Positions 13,621-25,521 of a stretch of DNA of 64,000 nucleotides are shown here, in pieces. Position 1 is the stretch's first letter. Every line of letters starts with the position of its first letter. Origin of the DNA: Eledone cirrhosa (lineage: Eukaryota). The position numbers and the translations under genes were made by a program. The stretch is from contig OZ024744.1 in the NCBI GenBank assembly GCA_964016885.1, positions 24,986,001-25,050,000 of the forward strand. Direction: 5' to 3'. Under the pieces are notes generated by a model. It did not search any database and was not told the DNA's origin. It saw only the letters and a list, made by a program, of their open reading frames with translations.

Positions 13621-13832
13621 ATAGGAAAAAGTATAGCCCCGGCGGCAGAGCTCAAACCGTTTCGACGGCCATTTCTGGACTAAATTCAATTTAGTCCAGA
13701 AATAGCCGTCGAAACGGATTGAGCTCTGCCGTCGGAGTCATACTTTTTCCTATTTCCCACTCTACAACCCTAAGTATTGAGTACTCTGGTGCGTTATGGT
13801 CCATCTGGTTCCTTACCACAATTCCTTCGTTA
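13621..13832. mobile_element. Family X element with inverted 5' duplication
   Basis: Same sequence as 3368-3567, with arms separated by AAATTCAATTT. Confidence 0.75.
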
Positions 13833-13851
13833 TATATATATATATATATAT

Positions 13852-14068
13852 GTAAGTATGTTTTGAAACAGTGAGCGAGTTTGAAATCAGAAATATAAGC
13901 TTTCACCGTATTTTTTACTAAAGAAATGTTTAGCCTGATAGTGAGGTTTTAGCCTGATAGTGAGGTTTGACGTACGTCAATACTCATCTTTTTCCATTTA
14001 TCTGAGGGTTCTAAACCTCACTATCAGGCTAAACATTTCTTTAGTAAAATATACGGTGAAAGCTTATA

Positions 14069-14073
<5 letters not shown>
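13852..14073. mobile_element. (TA)n-embedded partial palindrome element (family Y)
   Basis: ~60-bp arms at 13889-13949 and 14013-14073. Homologous single arm at ~40910-41065. Confidence 0.65.
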
Positions 14074-14144
<71 letters not shown>

Positions 14145-14352
14145 TAAATAGAAAACATGAATGGAATAGCAACATCACAACTTACAATTAAGGACAAAAT
14201 GAAAACACACACACACACATAGAACAAACAACCAGCCAGTAACATGTAAATAAACAAATAAATAAACAAATATAAACACTCACAGACACCCGGATGTAAC
14301 ACATGCGCAAACTAAGCACACAACACACACAAAAACAAGAAGGCGTAGGACA

Positions 14353-14395
14353 GTCACTGAGGAGGTCACAGAATGTGTGACGAAAGAACTTTGAC
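14353..14395 (+). ncRNA. Type I hammerhead motif, family H2
   Basis: GTCA-CTGAGGA-G-GTCACA-GAATG-TGTGAC-GAAA-GAACTT-TGAC. Helix I GTCA/TGAC and 6-bp helix II, within element ~14330-14550. Confidence 0.6.
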
Positions 14396-14547
14396 AATAT
14401 ATGAACAATCGTCTGGTTGTGGAACCAACCAACGAACCAACCAGAAATTTATAAATTCTTAAATTTATAAATTTAATTTATAATAAATTGGAGTGAAAGC
14501 AACTGGTGCGTGTGTTTCTTATTGGCAACATGACTCTCCCAAAGCAT

Positions 14548-14616
<69 letters not shown>

Positions 14617-14619
<3 letters not shown>

Positions 14620-15036
14620 GGTTAAACAAGGTTCAATGAATAAATCAAAGAATGAGTTTTACAATTGATTGGAAGCACTCAACAACTAGTTTTTCGGAGT
14701 TATTAATATTAATTCAAAATATTAACAAAAATAGACATTCGTGTGATCAAGTATATTTTATCATACATATTTCAGAGGTACTGAGCTATCTTCAACAGTA
14801 TGTCCTCATCAGAGAAAATAAGATGATGCATGACATACTCTGACTTAGTAGATGGTTAAGATTCAGTCATGGTAGTATGAATCTTAACCATCTACTAAGT
14901 CAGGGTATGTCATGCATCATCTTATTTTCTCTGATGAGGACGTACTGTTGAAGATAGCTCAGTACCTCTGAAATATGTATGATAAAATATACTTGATCAC
15001 ACGAATGTCTATTTTTGTTAATATTTTGAATTAATA

Positions 15037-15040
<4 letters not shown>
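14617..15040. mobile_element. Long palindromic element with a hammerhead motif in each arm (family H1)
   Basis: 163-bp arms (14703-14865 / 14878-15040), 12-nt spacer, about 2 mismatches, flanked by (TA)n. Hammerhead motif at 14923-14989 (+) and 14754-14820 (-). Confidence 0.85.
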
Positions 15041-15131
<91 letters not shown>

Positions 15132-15844
15132 GGATACTCCGATCAATTTCCAACTCACTCAACAAACATTAGGAAATAGCTGAGTATATTCCCAATTAAA
15201 CGTTTGGGTGCTAACTATATTGTATCGTGTGGATAATCGGCTGTATTATTTTATATGAGATATATTAAAATCTAATTCCCCATACGATCGTTTCATTATA
15301 AGATTTCTACATGGTGGGTGATATATATATGCAGAAAACTAAACGGAAACGACAATGCAAACAATACATTACAATGAAGAAATATATTTGTTTAACGCTT
15401 GATGTAGTAATCAAAGAGTCTGCGTTTCGGACGCTAGTGCTTCATCGAAAGATAGAATAAGACCTATAAGGTGAAATAGAATGACAGGGTGTAAGCAGCG
15501 GAGGGATTAGAAAGATTTAGGAAAAAAAGCATGACTGTATCCAGTCAGCCATGTATTTGTGTATCTACATGTGTGTGTGTGTGTGTGTGTGTGTGAGTGT
15601 ACCCATGTATTCCCTCTATGTGTCTGTGTGTATGTATATGCACACACATATGTATATATATATATGTGTGTGTGTGTCTGTGTGTCTGTATACCCATGTA
15701 ATTCCCCTCATCTTTGATAGCGTTTGTTCGTGCACTGGTTTTGTATTTTTACGTTCGTTTCAATACATGAAATATACCCACATATGGATATGTTTAAGCT
15801 ATGTCATCAACCAATTAGACAATATCTATAGCTGCCTCATGAAT

Positions 15845-15891
<47 letters not shown>

Positions 15892-16180
15892 ATTTCTTGG
15901 TAATTTCAGCTCAACTCTTCTCCAACCCCCCACCCTACCACAACCGCCGTTACTTAGCGTCCCTTGTTCTTTTCTCATTCTAAACATTTACGCATCCCTA
16001 CCCCCTCCACATCCTCTATCACCGTCGCAACCCCTGCCCCCGTGTCTTTTTGTGTGTCTTTTTAATTCTACATTACATCCTCCTTATAATGTCCTCTTCT
16101 TTTTCCTCCTGGTATTTTATTTTTTCATCTCTTTTGTCATCTTCTGCCCCTCAACCTCTCACTTCCCCCCTCTCTCTCTC

Positions 16181-16233
<53 letters not shown>

Positions 16234-16345
16234 GTTTGCTTGGAAATATGAGGAAAGAAGACAATGTGTATCTTCACTATATTAGTGATATTACCCTCTG
16301 TTGCAAGCTGGAGTTTCGCGGAGTCACACTGACCACGCAACAGAA
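16234..16345 (+). CDS. Weak candidate internal exon (GLLGNMRKEDNVYLHYISDITLCCKLEFRGVTLTTQQ)
   Basis: Unique island between microsatellites, (TG)nTAG|G acceptor, AA|GTAACT donor, open frame. No recognisable domain. Confidence 0.2.
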
Positions 16346-16353
16346 GTAACTTC

Positions 16354-16410
<57 letters not shown>

Positions 16411-16415
16411 CATAT

Positions 16416-16478
<63 letters not shown>

Positions 16479-16501
16479 TACACACACATATATATATATA
16501 T

Positions 16502-16610
16502 ATAACGAAGGAATTGTGGTAAGGAACCAGATGGACCATAACGCACCAGAGTACTGAAATAGCCGTCGAAACGGCTTGATCTCTGCCGTCGGGGTCATTC
16601 TTTTTCCTAT
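16502..16610. mobile_element. Family X element, rearranged
   Basis: Inverted 3' half joined directly to the forward 5' half. Confidence 0.7.
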
Positions 16611-16832
16611 ATATATATATGTGTGTGGGGGTGTGTGTGTAATACACACACACATATACTGAAATGTCCCAAAACCCCAGAAGACAACTGATGAAGGAAA
16701 ATTTTCTCCCGTTCTTGCTTTCCTCTTTTTATAAGTACACCTTATCCACCAACTACACAGCCCCTGTTTATTATTTTACACACACACACAAACATATATA
16801 TATATGTGTGTGTGTGTCTCTGTGTGTATAAT

Positions 16833-16863
<31 letters not shown>

Positions 16864-17312
16864 GTTAAATATTAGACAGGAACAAAAAACAGAAAGGCAG
16901 TACAAATGGTAGTTTATTAGGTTCACGCTTTTGAAAGTGGGGGTGTGTATATATATGTGTGCGTGTGTGTGTGTATGTATATGTATATATATATATATAA
17001 TACACACCCCTCTACGTATCTTCACCCTTTGATTCTCTAGGGCACTTTCACTTTCCTCCACATCCTCTTTATTATTAACCCCCATTTCACCTCACCCCCC
17101 TCTCTCTCTCCCTCTCCCATCCCTGCATTCATTTGTCTGTCTGTCTGTCTATCTCTGCTCCTTCTTAATGTTTCTTTGTTCCTTTCTGTCCTTGTTGGAT
17201 GCTTCATCCCTTCTTTCTTTCTATTTACCTCCTTAACACTTCTTTTTCTTCCAATTTTTCAAAACAAACCGAAATTATTACCCCCCACCCCACACACACC
17301 CACCCACACCCA

Positions 17313-17363
<51 letters not shown>

Positions 17364-18054
17364 CAGAAAATAAAACAAAAATGTCAACAATACAAAAAGG
17401 AAGTCCCGAAAATGAGCCCCCGTCCCTCCACTTTTTATTTTGTGTTCCTTTACTCCTCCTTAACCTCACTGTTCTGATTCAAACACACACACATATACTA
17501 ACACACTTACACACACACACAGACACACACACATATATATATACACACACAGACATACACACACACATATATATACACACACAGACACACACACATATAT
17601 ACACACATAGACACACAAGCACACACACACACACACATATATATCCAAATGATATATATATATATATCATCCCCTCTATCATTCTTTGTCACTTTCTCCC
17701 TTCCTCCTCTCTCATTATCCTATTTTCCTCTCACTCTCCCTCGCCCCTTTCTCCTCATCCTACACACTCTCTCTACCCCCTCTCTCTCTCCCTATATATA
17801 TATATATCGTCGTTATGGTTTTATGCTCTTTATGTTAGTATTGTTGTCTTATTTCCATAACCGTTCACACTTCATCACCACACTGTTATTGTCTGTATCT
17901 GGTGGTCCTGTCCTGCACACACACACACACAGTCACATACACACATGCATACATACATACACATACACGCATTCACACACATACACACATTTACACACAC
18001 ACACAACATACACATACAATCACACGCAATACAAATGCACATATTTAAGAGAAT

Positions 18055-18105
<51 letters not shown>

Positions 18106-18135
18106 TAACAAATTAAAGTTTAAGCAATATATATA

Positions 18136-18222
<87 letters not shown>

Positions 18223-18339
18223 CTAAGGCGGGTAAAATTCCCGAGATCCATGGACGAGTTCTCTCCAGCAGTCTCTGTCCCTCATTATCGCTGCCATGTC
18301 CTGCGTCTCCAACAGACCAGTGTCTGTCCTTAGGGTATC

Positions 18340-18340
<1 letters not shown>
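18223..18340 (-). mobile_element. RTE-clade LINE 3' terminal fragment
   Basis: VDTLRTDTGLLETQDMAAIMRDRDCWRELV matches the DT(G)L...M.DR..W C-terminal pattern of RTE-type ORFs. Confidence 0.65.
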
Positions 18341-18436
<96 letters not shown>

Positions 18437-18544
18437 AGATAAGCAGAACTATATATATATATCAAAAGTATATATTGAGTTAGAAACTCAAACAGCTCAG
18501 GGAAAAAAAAAATTTCCGGGCTGTGTAATATAATTCAATATAAT

Positions 18545-18658
18545 TGTTTCTACTTTTGGCACAAGGCCAGCAATTACCTCAGTACATTACTAGTACTTTA
18601 TTTTATCGACCCCGTAAGGATGAAAGGCAAAGTTAACCTCGGCGGGATTTGAACTCAG
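18545..18658 (-). mobile_element. SINE family A, 5'-truncated
   Basis: Core match. Flanking duplication ATATAATTCAATATAAT. Confidence 0.85.
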
Positions 18659-18700
18659 TCTATATAATTCAATATAATAAAGAGAGATAGACACAGATAG

Positions 18701-18736
<36 letters not shown>

Positions 18737-18761
18737 TATCTCTCTTTATTATATGGAATTA

Positions 18762-18949
18762 AGGGCGGTGGATTGGCAGTATCGGTAGAGGGTCGGACGC
18801 CATGCTTTGACGCATAGAGTTACGGTCCTTGCCATTCTGAGTTCAAATCCTGCCGAGGTTAACTTTGCCTTTCATCCTTACGGGGTCGATAAAATAAAGT
18901 ACCAGTAATGAACTGGGTAATTGCTGGCCTTGTGCCAACAGTAGAAACA
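18762..18949 (+). mobile_element. SINE family A, full length
   Basis: A/B boxes. 17-bp TSD TTTATTATATGGAATTA at 18745-18761 and 18950-18966. Confidence 0.9.
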
Positions 18950-19004
18950 TTTATTATATGGAATTATATTATATATATACACATTATATTATATATATAC
19001 ATAT

Positions 19005-19194
19005 AGGGCGGTGGATTGGCAGTATCGGTAGAGGGCAGACTCTATGCTTTGCAGCATAGCGTTACAGCCCTTTATGATCTGAGTTCAAATCCCGCCGAGG
19101 TTAACTTTGCCTTTCATCCTTACGGTGTCGATAAAATGAAGTACCAGTAATGTACTGGGTATTTGGTGGCCTTGTGCCAAAAGTAGAAACAATT
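19005..19194 (+). mobile_element. SINE family A, full length
   Basis: Near-identical to the adjacent copy. Confidence 0.9.
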
Positions 19195-19399
19195 ATATAT
19201 ACACACTTATATGTATATATAAGCAAGTAATATATCGTTTTAAATTTAAAAAACAAACGAACATCGTTCTCAAAATAAGGCACTCAATACATATTTATTT
19301 ATTTGAATTGTTGATATTGGGACCTCGAAGTTTCGTAGTTTAAATAAGCCGCCAACGGCGAAGTTTTGACGTTATTGTATCAACAATTCAACACACACA

Positions 19400-19436
<37 letters not shown>

Positions 19437-19506
19437 CATATACACATTTATCAAAATGTGTGTCTCTCTCTCTCTCTTTCTTCCCTCCGCTCTCTCTCTC
19501 TCTCTG

Positions 19507-19553
<47 letters not shown>

Positions 19554-19598
19554 GAGAGGTATAGAGATTGTTTTAGCGAGAAGCCAACAGCATTCTAT

Positions 19599-19676
<78 letters not shown>

Positions 19677-20254
19677 TGTCTATACCCGAACATGTATATT
19701 ATGATGAGACGACATCCATATACTGATCAGGCAGATTCTCGGCGTAAATCACTTTTGTTAACACTTGAAGACGGCTACCCCGTCAGCCAGACATCCCGTC
19801 AGACCCCTGGGTTTGATCACCACCACCACCTTAACTACTACTGATGCTCATTAACTTCGTCACCACCTTCAACACTACCCACCACCTCCATCAACTCTCA
19901 CTACCATTAACACCACTACGGAACCATCACTACCATTACAATCACCAACCCACCACAACCACCACCACCAGCGCAACAACAACAACAAACTCCCACTACC
20001 ACCATTATCAACTCGTATTGCTACTACCAGTAACGGCACCCACCCTCCTTACATCTCCACACTGTCACCCCCACCATTCCCCTCCTCCACCATCGCATCA
20101 CACCACCGGCACCCGCCACCACCATATTGTGTCAGCCTACCACCTACTAGAGTCTGCTGCCGGAAATCCCTCAAAACATACTTTACCCTGTTAAACATTC
20201 TCTAATATAAGAGAGGAAAGTCTAAAGTCTGTCCCGAGTCCCCCGAGGTTCATC

Positions 20255-20670
20255 AAGCCAGTACATGTCTCAGTTGCTCTGGTGTTAAGATCCCTCCTCC
20301 CACCTGGATAAGACGCCAGTCCATCGCAGGGTTAAACTTCCAGGCTATTGCTGGTACTCATTTAACATGGAGCAACGTGAAACGAAGTGTCTTGCTCAAG
20401 AACACAACAGACAACCCAGCTCAGGACTCGCACCCACGATATTATGATAGTTTGGCAGTATCGGTAGAGGGTCGGGCGCCATGCTTTGAAGCATAGTTAC
20501 CTCCCTTTATGATCTGAGTTCAAATCCTGCCGAGGTTAACTTTGCCTTTCATCCTTACGGGGTCGATAAAATAAAGTACCAGTAATACACTGGACGATTG
20601 CTAGCCTTGTGCCAAAAGTAGAAACAATTATGATAGTAAGTCCAACACCCTGACCACTAAGCCACGTGCC
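20255..20670 (-). mobile_element. SINE family B interrupted by a family A SINE
   Basis: Reverse complement matches 50432-50656 (tRNA-like head, TTCTTGAGCAAGACAC, CCTGCGATGGACTGG). Confidence 0.75.
20452..20626 (+). mobile_element. SINE family A nested in family B
   Basis: 11-bp TSD ATTATGATAGT at 20441-20451 and 20627-20637. Confidence 0.9.
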
Positions 20671-20917
20671 TAGTTATTAAGAAAGAAAAAAAAGGAAGAA
20701 AACACGGGGATAGTCATGGCTGGAACGATTTTGATCTTGTTATCAACCTATTCATACTTCCTCCGCAATAACCCAACCACCACCACAAACACCTCCCCGC
20801 CTTCACCATGAACAACACTACCACAACACCTGCTTTTATCATGACCGACACCGCCACCACCTGTACAATTAGCATGAAACTATCATATTAACCTACATAA
20901 CCAATACCGCAACTCTC

Positions 20918-22978
20918 AACACCACCACCAACACCACCAACACCACCATCACCATCACCACCACCAACAACACCACCAACACCACCACCAACAACACCAC
21001 CACCACCACCACCAACACCACGACCAACACCACCACCAACAACAACAACAACAAAAACAACAACACCACCACCACCACCATCACCACTACCAACACCACC
21101 ACCAACACCACCAACACCCACCACCACCAACAACACCAACACCACCACCAACACCACCAACACCCACCACCACCAACAACACCAACACCACCACCAACAC
21201 CACCACCAACAACACCAACACCACCACCAACACCACCACCAGCAACACCACTGCCAACACCACTACCACCACCACGAACACCACCACCACACAACCACCA
21301 CCACACTACCACCACCACACTACCACCACCACCACCACACTACCACCACTACCACCACCACCACACTACCACCACCACACCACCACCACCACCACCACCA
21401 CACTACCACCACTACCACAATCACAACCACCACACTACCACCACCACCACACTACCACCACTACCACCACCACCACCACCACCACCACACTACCACCACC
21501 ACACTACCACCACCACCACCACACTACCATCACTACAACCACCATCACCACCATACTACCACCACCACACTACCACCACCACCACACTACCACCACTACC
21601 ACCACCACCACACTACCACCACTACCTCCACCACCACCACACTACCACCACCACACTACCACCACCACCACCACACTACCACCACTACCAACACCACCAC
21701 CACACTACCACCACCACACTACCACCACCACCACCACCACACTACCACCACTACCAGCACCACCACCACCACCACATTACCACCACCACACTACCACCAC
21801 CACCACAACAACACTACCATCACTACCACCGCCACCACCACCATACTACCACCACCACACTACCACCACCACCACAACAACACTACCATCACTACCACCA
21901 CCACCACCACCATACTACCACCACCACACTACCACCACCACCTCACACTACCACGACCACCACCCCACTACCACCACCACCACCACACTACCACCACCAC
22001 CACCACACTACCACCACCACACCACCACCACCACCACCACACTACCACCACCACCACCACCACGCTACCACCACCACCACCACCACCACCACCACACCAC
22101 CACCACCACCACACCACCACCACCACCACACTACCACCACACCACCATCACCACCACCACCACCACACCACCACCACCACCACCACACCACCACCACCAC
22201 CACCACCACACTACCACCACCACCACCACCACGCTACCACCACCACCACCACCACCACCACCACACCACCACCACCACCACCACATCACCACCACCACAC
22301 TACCACCACACCACCATCACCACCACCACCACCACACCACCACCACCACACCACCACCACCACCACCACCACACTACCACCACCACCACCACCACCACAC
22401 CACCACCACACTACCACCACCACCACCACCACACCACCACCACCACCACACTACCACCACCACACCACCACCACCACCACCACACTACCACCACCACCAC
22501 CACGCTACCACCACCACCACCACCACCACCACCACCACACCACCACCACCACCACCACCACCACCACACCACCACCACCACACCACCACCACCACACCAC
22601 CACCACCACAACACCACCACCACCACCACCACCACCACCACCACCACCACCACCACCACCACCACCACCACCACACCGCCACCACCACCACCACCACACT
22701 ACCACCACGCTACCACCACCACCACCACCACCACCACCACCACCACACCACCACCACCACCACCACCACCACCACCACACCACCACCACCACCACCACCA
22801 CACCACCACCACCACCACACTACCACCACCACCACCATAACACTACCACCACCACCACCACCACCACCACCACCACCACCACCACCACCAAAACCACCAC
22901 ACTACCACCACCACCACCACCACCACCACCACCACCACCACCACCACCACACTACCACCACCACCACCACCACCACCA
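20918..22978. repeat. (CAC)n-based compound satellite
   Basis: CACCAC runs punctuated by ACACTAC. Confidence 0.95.
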
Positions 22979-23175
22979 TATCTGTTAACACTACACATCA
23001 AGTTAACCAACCTAATTTCTTAATTTTTCTCCCATTCTGCGCCCAACTGTTATTCTGTTTGGATACTGCTGTGATACTTAGAAGCACATATATTGTGTGT
23101 GGGTATATATAAATAAACACATATATATATATATATGTTTATTTATTAAAATAACAAATTATTACTATATATATG

Positions 23176-23206
<31 letters not shown>

Positions 23207-23235
23207 GCATATATATATGTATATATATATGTATG

Positions 23236-23318
<83 letters not shown>

Positions 23319-23404
23319 GTATATATATATATATATATAGATAGATATATATATGCTTTGTATGATAGAGATGATCTCATTTTCAAAATCCATTAGTAGT
23401 TTAC

Positions 23405-23484
<80 letters not shown>

Positions 23485-23531
23485 GTGTGTATATGTATAT
23501 ATATATACGTATATGTATATATATATATGTA

Positions 23532-23614
<83 letters not shown>

Positions 23615-23739
23615 GTATATATATATGTATATATATATATGTGTGTGTGTGTGTGTGCGTGTATACATATATTGGTACATATGCGTGTGTACAAATATAT
23701 GAATATATATATATATATATATATATATAATGTATTTAT

Positions 23740-23785
<46 letters not shown>

Positions 23786-24550
23786 ATAAATACATTATAT
23801 AAACACATAGAATGCAGAATGTGGGGCAATTTAGAATTTTATGTTAAACTTATTATGTTTACGTGGCAGAATCGTTAGAGCACCGGACATAATTACCATA
23901 CAGTATTTCTTACACGACCTTTTTATGTTCTGAGTTCAAATTCTCCCGTGGTCAACTTTGATGTTTATCATTCCGGGGTCGACAAAATAAATTGGTGGTG
24001 TCTATATAATTCGACACCACCGCTACCCCAAAATGTTCGTCTTTGGGAGAAAGAATTACTATAGCCACTATGAACCTGCCCTCCCTCCCCTCCCAGCACT
24101 ATTATATTAGTTATATATCTGTCGTGGGTTCGATTACTGGAACTGGGTTGTGCGTTTTGTCCTTGAGCAAAATATTACCAGTCTGATAGCCTCGGGGGCT
24201 CTAGATAGACTAGCGTCCTATCCCGGGGGGGGGGGGGCTATGTACTCTCGCTTCACACCAAAAGAAGCCGGGATAAGTCTGATGATCTTCGGGGTTCGTG
24301 ACACACTTTAGACATTTTAGACTACGTTGTTATTCGCCATGCTAGAAATAGCAGCAACATTTAAATGTTGTCCAACCGTCGTTAAAGACACTGGATGGTC
24401 ATGTCTGTAATATTGCTGACCATAAGGTCTACTAAGGGTCCGTCAGGTAAGGGACACATTAGCCGTACTGACAGTACTCCCGCCACCCTAACCATCGTCC
24501 ACCACCACCACCACTACCAGTGATGACGGTAATGATAATAATAATAATAA

Positions 24551-24641
24551 TTGTTTCTACTTTTTGGCACAAGGCCAGCAAATACCCCAGTGCATTACTG
24601 GTACTTTATTTTATCGACCCCGTAAGGATGTAAGGCAAAGT
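24551..24641 (-). mobile_element. SINE family A 3' fragment
   Basis: Core match with (AAT)n tail. Abuts a GGT/GATGACGAT array (24641-25137). Confidence 0.8.
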
Positions 24642-25422
24642 GATGCTGATGGTGATGATAATGATGATGATGATGTTGACGACGATGATGGTGGTGATGA
24701 CGATCGTGGTGGTGGTGGTGATGACGATGGTGATGGTGGTGGTGGTGGTGGTGGTGGTGGTGGTGGTGGTGGTGATGACGATGGTGATGGTGCTGGTGAT
24801 GGTGATGGTGGTGGTGGTGATGACGATGGTGATGGTGGTGGTGGTGGTGATGACGATGGTGGTGGTGGTGGTGGTGATGACGATGGTGATGGTGGTGGTG
24901 GTGGTGGTGGTGGTGATGACGATGGTGGTGGTGGTGGTGATGACGATGGTGATGGTGGTGGTGGTGGTGATGACGATGGTGGTGGTGGTGGTGGTTGTGG
25001 TGGTGGTGGTGGTGATGGCGATGGTGATGGTGGTGGTGGTGGTGGTGGTGATGACGATGGTGGTGGTGGTGGTGGTGATGACGATGGTGATGACGATGGT
25101 GGTGGTGGTTGTGATGACGATGGTGATGGTGATGACGTGGATGTATATATCTAAAATAATAATACACTTCTAATACAACCTCCTCCTCCCCCTCCTCCAA
25201 CCTAGTTGACTCCAGTTTATTTCTCCTCCCACCCACCCCCACACCCTCAGCCTACTCTACACACGCCGTTCTCTGCTCGCTCTCTCTCTCTCTTACTCTC
25301 TCACTTTACCCCGACTCTCTCTCTCACCCTATTTAGTACAACTCTCTTGTCAGTGTCAGTTCCATTACTAGTACCCACCCTCACCCCTTCCTTGTTAATT
25401 TCTGTCTCCTCATATGTCGTCC

Positions 25423-25509
25423 CCTTACGGGGTCGATAAAATAGGGTACCAGTAATACACTGGTGTATTTGCTGGCCTTGTGCCAAAAGTGGAAACAATT
25501 ATTATTATT
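25423..25509 (+). mobile_element. SINE family A 3' fragment
   Basis: CCTTACGGGGTCGATAAAAT...GGAAACAATTATTATT. Confidence 0.8.
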
Positions 25510-25521
25510 GTTGTTACCACC

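Noticed and set aside
18762-18860. tRNA gene
   Set aside because: The A/B boxes belong to SINE heads that continue into a shared body with TSDs. No convincing cloverleaf.
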